From Ascidiella aspersa (Eukaryota): a stretch of 64,000 nucleotides of DNA. Both the position numbers and the translations under genes were made by a program. Positions 1 through 12,100 of the stretch are shown in pieces (position 1 is the first letter of the stretch; each line of letters starts with the position of its first letter). The stretch lies in contig OZ004610.1 in NCBI GenBank assembly GCA_963924565.1, positions 1,178,001 through 1,242,000 on the forward strand, written 5' to 3'. The notes below the pieces were generated by a model. It saw only the letters and a list, made by a program, of their open reading frames with translations. It was not told where the DNA came from and searched no databases.

Positions 1-6
1 GCGTAG

Positions 7-144
7 AGCAACTACACTGAAGTGCACAACGCCAACCTCAGCATCGCTACTTTCATCAAAAGTTGCTTCACTTACATTGACCGAGGCTTCGTGTTCAAAC
101 TTATCAACCAGTACATGGACAACATTAACCCTGATGACTGCAAG
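7..144 (+). CDS. DOCK9: DOCK9-like exon ([46 protein letters not shown])
   Basis: tag at 4-6 (an in-frame stop, so taken as the acceptor); AAG|gtaaaa donor; phase 0/0. Confidence 0.9.
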
Positions 145-3100
145 GTAAAAAAAATCTGTGTAATAAAGGCTGTACATCAAAAATCATTAAAATATTAGAA
201 CTATTAAGTTTCATTGTATGTAAACTATGCAATTTACTAAAAATTGCCTTTAAACTTTTAAAGCGAATTTAAACAAGCGCCGCTTAAAACATTTAAACCT
301 CATTTTTTTAAATATTATTCCACATTTCCACTCTTTGATACGGGCTTTTAATTTTGCAATTTTATGCAGAGTTAAACCCAAATCAATAATATCAGTTTTT
401 GTCGTATGTTCTACAAAAATGGCAAATCCAAAAAAGGGGAAATGCTTCTTAAAAAGCAAGTACCGAACAGATTACCTGAGCCATATCCTCTCTCTCCCAT
501 TTTATATTTTGGTCAAGTTGCGTTAAAAAGTTTTAACGTCAATATTTTTCCCTAGGTGCTGTACGAGTTCAAGTTCGAGTTTCTGCGCATAGTTTGTTAC
601 CACGAACATTACATCCCACTCAACCTACCACTCGCCTGCAACGCAAAAAGCTCGAAGAACGGTAAGACCCTAAACTATTAATTATAGCATTATTGTGTTT
701 TTGATTTTCTTAGTGTCTCGTTGAGGAATTTTATTTGGTTTACGGTGGCCCAAAAAATAATAAATAGATTGCGACGCCGCATGTGTTAGTGAGACGATGG
801 AAAAAATGTTTATTACCAATAAAACATGCACACACATATATGTGTTAACAACGGTGATCTAGCCCTTCTGAAGCTGCTTTTTGCCCAACAATTACGGCTT
901 ACGTATCATTAGTACTCCGAAAGCCATCGCAGACTCGTTGAATCTGTCGATCAATGATATAAAAAACTTTCGGTTTTTGTTGGTTGCCTTCCATCATTGA
1001 TCTACAGATTCGGTGAAGAGTCTGCGATGGCTTTCGATGTACTAAATATATGTAAGCCATAAACGTGGGTCAAAAAGCAGCTTCAGATGGGCTAGATTAC
1101 AGTTGTTACGCACATATGTGTGTGTGTCTTTCATTGAATAACACCACAAGCTTATATTGTTATGGCAATATAACATGCGGTGCTTCCGGTGGGCCTGGCT
1201 TTTTTTGAAAACAAAGTAATTCAAAAAGTTTAAAAATCACTGGGTTACATTGTGAGCCAACCCGCTGCCTCAGAAGGAAGTTTGAAACTTTAAATAGTCA
1301 TAAATCTTCGGCCGGATACGATAGGCTTTGAACAAATCCCAAAATACGAAAATTGTAGCTTGTCAAAGTCACTTGTATGTTTTTTATACGCACATCGCCT
1401 TACGTAATGTATAGCTGCTTATCTCAGTCATTAGATCCGACATCATAACGATTTCTACGTAACGCTATCCGCACCAAGACTAGGTATCTAAGATATGGTT
1501 TATTACTTTATAAAGCCGCGGTGTTGCTGGAATGCATGCAAATTATGGCTGCGTGCATATCTTAACGATGTAAGGCCGATAGCTATGCTTGTGAGATTCC
1601 TAAAATTCTTGTATCGTTTTGTAGACATACCCATGCACCTTTGAATACAATTCCCTTGAAATAATCGAAACTAAAGAAATAAAATTATAATAGTGGTTCT
1701 TATTTGATTAGCATTTTGTATAAAAGTAGACATTGATATGTCTAAGGAATATTTTGTTCGAGTCAGTTGATATCCAGACTGTAATTGAAATATGTACAAA
1801 ATAAATATTTTTGTCTCAGAATAATTATGTATATTTCGCTAGATAAAATCAAGCATCCTTAGATTTGTAAAAAAAGCAATGTTGAACTAAAATGCTGGCA
1901 GTTGCCAAATGCAATGTAGTTAAAAAATATAAAATGGTAAAACCGTCTTTAAAAGTGGCGCATTCGCAAAAAAATTCTCCCAACACAACCAGAGCATGAT
2001 ATTTAATGATTTCATTTAAGCTCCGTTGGGCAAGTGTAATGTATTTTACAGAAATACGATATTTTTTTATTTGCGTCACTTCGTAAGGAGAAAATACAAC
2101 ATTGGGTCATAAATCTTTCCAAGGCAAAAATGCGAGCTGCGCATTAACCACACGTACTTATAACCAATCTTCGTGGATTACCTTAGGTTTGTGGCGCCCG
2201 CAAAGGTTTCCAATAAACACCGGAACCACCCACGACGTACAAACCACCCATAGACCAATAACCACTTCCCATCTTTCCAAGCCTTTAGCGCCAACCAACA
2301 GCATGTGTCTGGCATACTTGGTCAGTTTGCCAGAAGCACATTTTTGTACTTGTTTCGTAACATTTTAAAAGGATAGTACAAAAAAAAAATAAAAAATGAA
2401 AATTAAGGAAGTATCTGATAAAATGCCTAAACCAATGCAAATGGTGAAAAAATGCTCTAAGACGATGTTTTTTACGAAGCAACCATATTGGCTTTTGGCC
2501 CACCAGCTTATATCTATTCTCTAGATAATCGTAAAGCGTTTTAAGCTTAGAAAAAGCCCAAGATGAGTCGACATGTTGGCCTATATGACGTGGTTCTAAT
2601 GTTTGAATCGCTTTGAACTGTTGGTGATATGTTTGAAGTTAATCTTGTGTTGTTTAATATCTCTAAATGGCTGCAATATTCCCAAATAGGCGTTTGAATT
2701 CAGAAGTGATTTTACTTTTTTTTCATTGCATTGTCTATTTTCAAAATCAATTAATCATTGTTTTGAAGTGAGAGCATATTATTGATTTGAGTTTCTAGTT
2801 AAAATCAAATGTCTAATCACAACTTTAAGTTTCACCACAATTTTGGCTGATTGCTTATTTTTTAATCATTAATTATGCTTTTTGCCTTATTTACTATTTT
2901 GCAACCTCGTTTACGCCTTTTGGACATTTAATTAGGTTTTTATATGAAGCTTTTCATAAACATTATTGGAAATACGATAAAAACAGTTATTTTTAATCAT
3001 GAAAATGATTGTCATCACTATAGCTTAATTTCATCGAGGTTTCATAGCAATATCGCATGCGCGCCTTTTTTGCGGGTGATTCCCCCAATCTGATAGTGTT

Positions 3101-6100
3101 TGTGTTTTGCCGCTTGCTGCTCCAAGACGACACCTGGTGGATAAAGCGAGGAGAAAAAATCAAGGTTGCGCGTCCTTCCGCTAGAGGTCAGGCAAGCGCT
3201 TGGAATGAGTCCCTTTTAACATTCGTTTGCATCATACATTTATTATCACCCTTATTCATGCGCTGGAAGCTTTTAATCACTTGCCTTTCTAACACTTTTG
3301 CACTAATCGGTGTGACTGAGTCGAAACGATCTTTTTTCGTGTAAATTTGACGCTGATTTGCCAACAACCAAGCGTAAGGTACATTTAATGGTACAATAGT
3401 TTTTTTTTAAATTGTCGATAACGCTTAATTGTAAAAACGCATAATTAAGATTAACGTTATGCAAATCAAAAATCGATTTTTCGTTAAAAACTGAAATACC
3501 TTCTTCTAAATCAAAACTTTTTCAAAAAAATATTTTAAGACATTGGTGTTTTAGGAAATTTAACTTTTTATTGTACTATTGTTGTTAGTTTTTGTGCGTT
3601 AAGAACTCAAATATTTATTACCTTTCACTAAAATAAAATGTTTAACTCCTTTAATCCAAATGGTACCATGCCGTTTAAAGTATTAGGTTTCAGATTCTTT
3701 CAACTTCTAAATTTCATCAAAATATTATTAGAATTTCTTATTTAGACTAAAGAAACAAAAAATAAACTTCCCTTATTGAAACATAACCCATGCCAAACTA
3801 ATCCCCGCTTGGTGCAAAAGTGTTGGAAAGTCTTGCCGCTAGTGGGCGTCACCACCTTTCTCGCTTCTCATTGGCCGCCACATCATCACGTGACATTTGT
3901 GTGACCTGTGGTAACCCCGTGGTTTGTGACAAAACATTGTGTGGCGATGTTTTGTGGCTGAACTAATTTACGTTTGTCCTGTTCTTACTTAAGCACGGTT
4001 CGTTTATACTTTACAAGAAGAATGTTATTATTATGCTCTTTCTGAATGCCTAAAGTTATCTAGGAACACATATTGATAATTTTTATGTTTTTTAAGGTAA
4101 TGTAAATTAAGAAGATGGTTGGCATATTTAGTTGAAAAACGCTTTATTTGCAAATCCACCATCATAAGTGTTCAAACTTAATACCACAGCCTCACAATTC
4201 CCTAAAAAATATATAATATTGTTTACTGCTATACTTGAAAGCCCAATTTATATTGCTATTACTTCGTTTTAAACTTTTTTTATTTTTGATATTTCTCTTT
4301 TATTAAGTTGGTAGTAAAGTGTTTATAGTTGTTGCACTGAGGATGCAATAGTTTAATCAAAGTTTATAATGCTTTTTTAAATTTTGTTTTAAGTCATACT
4401 TTGTAGCAAAGTAGAAACGCCTTGTTTTCTGAACAAGAAAATACATTTTCTTTGGCGTCGTAAGCTTTAATATTTAAAAAATATTTCCTGATAGGAAATT
4501 TTTATTTCTTATTTGAAAAATATTTTTGAATGAGTTTGAGTTTGTAATTGAATATTTCAGGAAAGAAATGTTTAAAATATGGATTTTGTTTGTTTTCTGA
4601 TTTATACATGTTGTAAGTAATAAATTACCAAGGAATTGGGTTTATTTAATTCACACTGTAATGTCCATTTGTTGTACGTTGTCCCAATAAGTTTTTGTTG
4701 TGGATAAAATCACCATTGTTTATAGTTCGACGTATACGGCAAAGAAGCGTAAATTTTATAAGGTCCTGTGTTAATACACGAGTCTAATTAAATACAATGG
4801 CTGTCGAACTCATATCTTAAATTTAAACATTATAGAGTACACAGCAAGCCTTGTGGTTTTAAATAGGTTGAATTACTATATCTAAATACCTTCACACCGG
4901 CGTTAGATTTTCCTCTTACACCTTGCTTTCTATATTTGCCAGTAACCTTCTAATTTAACACAATACATAAACGCCCGCCAAAAAATAAAAATATTAAAAG
5001 CTGAAAGCACTCTTCATTCACCCCTTCTCTTGTATATTGTTACACATTTTAACAGCTACTATGTAACCGGCTTTTCATATTTGTAATTACCTCCTACAAA
5101 CTCTCTCAACAGTTTTAAACCACTGCTCTGGCATAACCTCACACATGAGCATGAAACAATAGATTTGTCTTGACGATAACGATCCCTTTGATGGCGGAAT
5201 ACATACACATATATATTTTTAAACATCTATAAATAGTGTCTGACCTGAATTACTAGCTTAGCTAGACTATTCTACTGTCCTTTAAAACCAACCTTTAAAC
5301 TTGTAAAACCAACTTTTTATCAAACGCAAAACAATGCGACCTAGACGACCTGTAATTACAATATCTCTCTCCAACACAACATTTCACAGCTATATTTCAC
5401 AAATATACAAATATTTCACCAAACTATAGCTACAGCCTAGCCTATTTTCTATCCCTGTCTAACTTTCCACTTTCTTACATACTACATGTAATTGTTTCTT
5501 CTAACAACCAACTTGGTCAAACAATGTCTTCCTGTTATTATGTCATCTCACACACACAATTCTACAGCTAAATTTTAAACAAATGTTCCACCTAACTGTA
5601 GCTACAACCTAACCTATTGTCCAGCCCTTTAACCTTCCACCTGTTCTCAGACTACAGCTACTGTCTTACTGACGACTACTGCCGCCTCCACTTCCTCACC
5701 TCCCTTCTACTGAAGAACCTCTGCACCGCCATGTTCGAGTGTCCTGATGTGAGAAACATCGCCATCGAGACGTTCAGGAACCTTCTCGCTAAACACGTGT
5801 TCGACGACAGGTGAGATGTAAAAAAATTCCACACGGGGTGAACTCAGATGTTTTATGGCAATGGTTCTCAACCGGTGGACAGTCCGATTGGACACATAAC
5901 TTTTTATTATAGTAAAAAAATTAAATTAGACATGAAAATGCCAATTTTTAATTTTCCACTATTTTTATTCATCCACTTGAATGTAAAAACTGCTTCACTA
6001 TAAATGAGCTAGAACAGAAACATAATCTAACTTTATATATTTACCATATCCTAAACCTGTATTAACCTACCATCTCTACCATTAAACTAATGTCCAATGT

Positions 6101-9100
6101 TCCTAATTACACTTGTTATGTCTAGTCCTGTGATCTGCGGTTGAAATAAGAACTTAGTGTAAATTGTATATAGTTACCTAACTTTACAAGTAATGGTATT
6201 GAACCGAAAGCTATAAACCGTTTGGTAATTTATTGAGGTCAAACTTTGTGTGTGTATAACCATTAAGCAAGCATAACAACATATTATCCTTCTTCCTCTT
6301 CAGATACCGGAGCCGCCAGCAGCAATCCCGCATCGCCTCTCTTTATCTTCCTTTCCTCAGGATCTTGGTCGAGAACGTTGCTAGGCTGGCCCTGGAGCCG
6401 GAGGCTAACAACAGGGATGGATCACACGTGAGTTTAATATTCTGTTGTCAAACGGTTTGTTTATTCTTGTATATATTATGTCATTCTGATAACGTTTCGC
6501 CACATTTCACATTATAGCAAGGGGTAGCAAACACGTCGATCGCCACATTTCACCTGGTCGCGTCCGATATATGTTTTTTTTTTTTGGTGTCTGGACAAGC
6601 CTTATAAAGCGTTCTTTGACGTAACAAATTAACCTCCATCGCTGGCTTGGAATGCAATTAACGCTCAAAATGTTTAATAAGTGTTTTTGTGACTTTTTTA
6701 CCGAACCAGTCGATCGAGGGTCTAAAAAAAAAATTCAGTCAAAAAAAAAAAAAAAAAGTTGGCTACACCTGTTGCATATATATGTAGTCCAAATGTTGGA
6801 TAAAATAGTATATTTATATAAGCATGTTGTTACAACGCATTATTTTTACCCCAGTCTTCCCGTGATGACCTTACTGAACCGGGGACTCCCCTCAGGGGTG
6901 CGGGTGAAAGTTCACCCTCCCTCACAAACGTATTCTCTGTCCCCCCCATCGGGGATAAGACGGGAAGTCTGAGATCAAGGATCGCTGATCCATCGGTCAT
7001 GAGCGCTATCGGTGAGATATTAAAGTTTTACTTGTTTTGTTTATTGAATTTTAAATGCATTCCTAAAATCTAATTTTTTTTAGCTTTAATCTAAATTAAT
7101 TATAATTATTATTTATTTTATTTACAATATGGGCATTTAAATGATATTTTATTGTTTGATGAGATACTTACACTTTTTGGTTTGTTTGTTAAAACCTATG
7201 CATTTTATCGGTTGTAAATGTATTACGACTGCTTTGTGTTTCGCTAACTTTTTAAGCTTTAAAACAGGGCTTAACTTTAAGGTGCAATTTACTTTTTATT
7301 TTATTATTTGAAATAAATCGCTACAAACTAGTCTTCCGCAAGTTAAACGTGAAAGAAAACAGAATACACCCTCGTCTACTTGTGTGTTTGGTTAAAATTG
7401 TACGATAAATAACATATAACTCGTGGAACCCATAAAACTGCTTTACCCAGTCCCATTTTAATAACTAGTAAACTATGTTCAGCCAACCAACCTATATTTT
7501 GAATAACGCACCCATTGTCTTGTCTCAGCCAATCCGGGCAGCAGCTTGTTGTCACGTGGTGCACGTAGTTCAGTGGCAGTAAACGACAGCTCCAATAACT
7601 TGGTCAATAACAGCTCTACCGACAAACTGGAAAAGCACCTAGACAAGGTAAGTGGGATTACTGGAGATATTTTCAGTATTGCTGTATGATCCGATAGCAT
7701 ATGAAGACATCCCTACATGACAAAATAACCAAATTGATAACAAAGTCACCTACGTACGTACCATGTTTAGAAAAATTTTATTTGAAAGGTTGGAAAACCT
7801 CTGTAGGATAGCAAACCTTGGCTGAAATGTACAAATTTATTTAGCATATGATTGGCACCGATACCCTCTTAACGTAGGACAAGTAGAAGTAGCAATACTA
7901 TGTCACTTGAGGTTGTTCATCGGTTTCGATCCGATATTATCGGACATCATCCTCAGTACCAGCCTGATAAATTAAAGGGAAAATTACGAAATATCTTAAG
8001 TTAAACTTCTAATAGCAAATTAGGTATGGTTACACCAACAAATTATTGTTTAATCTTGTTACTAACAATTAACTAGGACGCGCCCAAATGTGCAGTAGAG
8101 ATATTAAAAGCCCAACAGCTTGCTGTTTTAAAAGTCAGGTATATTATAAAGAAAAACAATCGGAAATAAGTAAAACATGTTTAGAAATGAGTTAAAAATA
8201 GGTTTACAATACTTACTAAGTTAACTAACAATATCTAGATCAAAAGGTTATCTCAACAAGCAACTATTACATCAATTACAAATGCACAATACACTCTTCT
8301 TATTTGTTGTAGACACGTGAGCGTTTTTTTAAGACCCAGTTTCGAAACTATATCCATTTAAAAAAATGTAAAAATGGTATCTTAACAAGCAAGGAACCCT
8401 TGCGTTAACTGCTGCACATGCAAAATACACTCTTCTTATTTGTTATAGACCCTTAGCGTTGCCAGCGCTACAAGATTCGGATCAGGAGATCGACTCGACG
8501 TCTCAGAGATCCGGAGTCTGCTCCTCTGCTTCCTCCAGATCGTGTCCAACCTCCCGAGTGATGCAATGCACGGGTTCTGGAGAGATTCCACAACAGAAGA
8601 ACAAATCGATTTCTTTGACGTGCTAGAGTAAGTTGTTCAGTTTAGAATGTTTTAAGGGTTAATTGAACTACCAATTAAAATATCGACATCAGTTGACGGG
8701 ATAGGAAAATTGTGCCAGCTGTAGGTATTGATAGCCTACTTTCCTAGTTCAGATTAACGGTTAATTTTCCTAGTTTCAGATTACAGGTTAATTATAGCCT
8801 AGTCTAGCCTATTGATTTTTTATCGTTCAGTGTCGGTAACTGAAGCTTCGCTAATTGATCTCTTAGTTACTTCATTGCTACGTTATTCGCTGTTTGAAAT
8901 CATCAGCTTTTTCGGCAGTTATGGCATAGATTTAGGTAACGTGTCGGCGAGCAGGCAGTGTGTTTTAAATTTAATTTTTGTGCAGTTTAGGCTTAGAAAG
9001 TTCATTGATAGCGGGTATTAAGTGATTTATTAATTACTAGTGATAACTGTAAGGTTAAGTACACCTTTTGAAATGTCAGTGCTGGTGATTAATGTGATTA

Positions 9101-12100
9101 CCTACTTTTTGTCACGGGGTACGGCCTAACTTTTTAACCCGGTGATTAAGGCTTTTATTGGTAAACTAATTGGTTGATTAATATATTCTGTTAAAGTAAC
9201 TTCAATAAATGAGCACCATTTTATATATTGGGGTAAATCTGATATTTATCTTTGCAAAAAGGGTAAAACATACGAAAAGGTCAGGAACCCCTGCCTTATC
9301 CGTTGAAAATGAAATCGACTTAAATCATTTCAGTACTATTTAGTTTCTACGGGCTTTCATGTTAATTCTACGTCCTATTTGACTTCTAATTGTAAGATAA
9401 GGGAAATATTTTACTTCACTTTTTTCTCCTTTCCAGATTGTCGTTACGCCACTTCCGTTACACTGGGAAGAAACAGCAGTTCCAAGGAATCAGGTAATTG
9501 CTGGGTATTTTAAATTTACATTCGTGTAGTTTAGGATAGGGATGCCTGATACCCGATATTTTTGACATAAAAAATGCTATCTTATATTAAATGACGTCAT
9601 TACTATGGTGAAATAACGCTGATAAGTGCAATGGTAGTGATATACAGGTTATTATGGCGAAATATGCTTTAGAGCAAGGGTCTCAAACACGCGGCCCGCG
9701 AGATAATTTTGTGCGGCCCGTGGATTTTCAAGTGTTTGAAAATATCCAAGTGCCACATATCTTTTTGCAGATTTAAAAAGTTAAAATTCCCGTTGATATT
9801 TCATTGTGAATTGCGGCCCTTAGGCATTTTACACGTCCTCATTTGGCCCTCAGAGCAATTTGAGTTTGAGACCCTTGATTTAGAGTAATATTTTGTGAGA
9901 AATTAACTTTTTAAGTCGAAATTCTGCGTTGGATTGCAAACATCATGCCTGGAATCCTTACATTGATTTGGTAGCGGATCGGCACCGATACCACCCTAGT
10001 ATCGGACCATTACCGATACTACCACTTGGTATCGGGTATCAGCCCCGATCGATATTATTGGACATCCCTACCTAAATGCAGTATTGCCGCCTAATATGCA
10101 CCAGTTTGTCGTTATAAAGGTTTTTGTTAAATATACGCTTCGCATCCGATTGTTGGCACTAGCTTACTTGGTTAAACGTGCTTTGCAGCAATGTTGTTAG
10201 ATTTGTGCTTCTTCTGTGTTCAAGTTGTTGTGAGCGAAAGATGACGAATCAATTTCTACAACAGTTTACGTTTTTGTCGAATCTAAGAATTTAGTTTATG
10301 GAGAATACTTTATTTACACAAAAAATAATAATATATAAAATATTGCTTATCTAGAAATTGAATTGTTTACGATTCACAGATTTGTAGCAATTTTACTAAA
10401 ATCTAAAAGTCATACCATTTACTAAAATTGACATATTCTTTTTATAAACGTCTCGCAATAACTCATGCTATCATTAGTGTTGTTAATATTCTTTGACAAT
10501 ATCCTAGTATGTTTTACCATTTATATTTTTCCTGTCTGTCAAAAAAGTTAACACTATTACCTCGGTTCTATAATACTGTTCATCAAAGTGCGACATAAGG
10601 TCTCTTTAATACCAAGTAGTATAACAAAAAAGTATCCTTCATCATTTCTTTCCACGTGTAGGTCGATTAGACACAGCGGAATGAGGTTTGTTCTTAGGTT
10701 TGAAGTTTGCCGTGTTTTTAAGTTTCCCAAATTTGTTTGTATGGTACACCACCAAACGAAATATTTTGGTTGTCAAATCTTAACCGCTGCTATAAAAGCG
10801 TTTCTTTCTATTTAAAGTGATTTTTAAGTTTGATTTTGTCCGTTCGGACATTTTGTTTAGATCTTTGAAAAGATTTTCTGAATAACTTGCCACTAGAAAA
10901 AATAACTCATTTTTGATCGATATTACCATCTTTGAAAGAACATGGTTTAACCTGTTTTTTTACTGTTTGTTAATCTTATATTTCACACACATACGTGTTC
11001 AATCAATGTCATCTAGCCCTTCTGGAGTTATTTTTTGACCAACGATTACGGCTTATCATAGTACACTGGGACCCATCACAGATTAACCGAATCTGTCAAA
11101 TGAAATTTATTTTTAAACAACAGAATATAATTAACGAACGATGAATGTTTGCAAAATTATTACCAAACGCTCATCACTCAATGTAAATGAAAAATTCTGG
11201 CTTATTTAATAAAGAAGTTCATGTATTACTGGACACTTATAATATCGACACATCTTCATTCTAGCAGAAAGTTAAGCGCATTTTAACCCGCCTTCTCTTT
11301 TTCATGCACCTTCTTCTTCTTCTTTGGCTCCTTGGTAATATTTCCTCGCCATTATTTTATCGGGTAAGCAAAACGCCATCCATCCAACAACAACAACTGC
11401 ACGGTTATTATCAGCGGTGTCCGTTCGCCTCTTGCATGCTACAATTCGTAAAAAGTGCAAATTCTTAACTTGAAAATAACAGTCACCTTTGACCTATTTC
11501 ATAAATATTATATCGACAATTTGTCGTGTATTTTTATCCCCTTTTTCTTAGCATTAAAACTAATGGTCACAATATTGTCCTATTTTTATCTTCTTTTTTT
11601 AGAAATAAAAAATATATGATTTGACAATATTGTTTTGAATATTTATCTTTTACTTTCCTTAGTCTTACAAAATTCTTTTTCACAATGTTGTCTAACCTTT
11701 TTTTATTTTTTTAAGCAAAAAAATATTTTTCAGACATAAAAAAAAATTTCTAGGGGGTAGGGCTGTTATTTTCGTTATGAGAAGTTGCAAAGTCCCGTGT
11801 TTATTCCCAAATGCTGCTTGTTGTACTTTTAGCTGTCTTTAGTTGTTATTTCTGCTCTTCGCATCTTGCCATAATTTATTTTGAAACGTTTCTTAAAAAG
11901 TTTCAATTTTTACATTTTAATTTTCAACTTTTGTTTGTCGTAAAAAAAAAGAGTAGCCAAAGTTTTCAGAAATTTCAGGAAAGTTTATCAAGCTTACTTG
12001 CATAATAAGTTTGTCAATGAAAAGTTACCCAATTTTTTTTCACGTTTTTATTTTGCCGCCACGAATATCGAGCATTTATGTTTCGGGACATAATTGCTAT

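Noticed and set aside
2187-2320. Exon-like segment (ccttag...gtcagt)
   Set aside because: 134 nt, phase 1 in and 0 out; would frameshift the gene unless paired with an unidentified exon
11265-11363. Exon-like segment ending gtaagc
   Set aside because: Stop codon in the required phase
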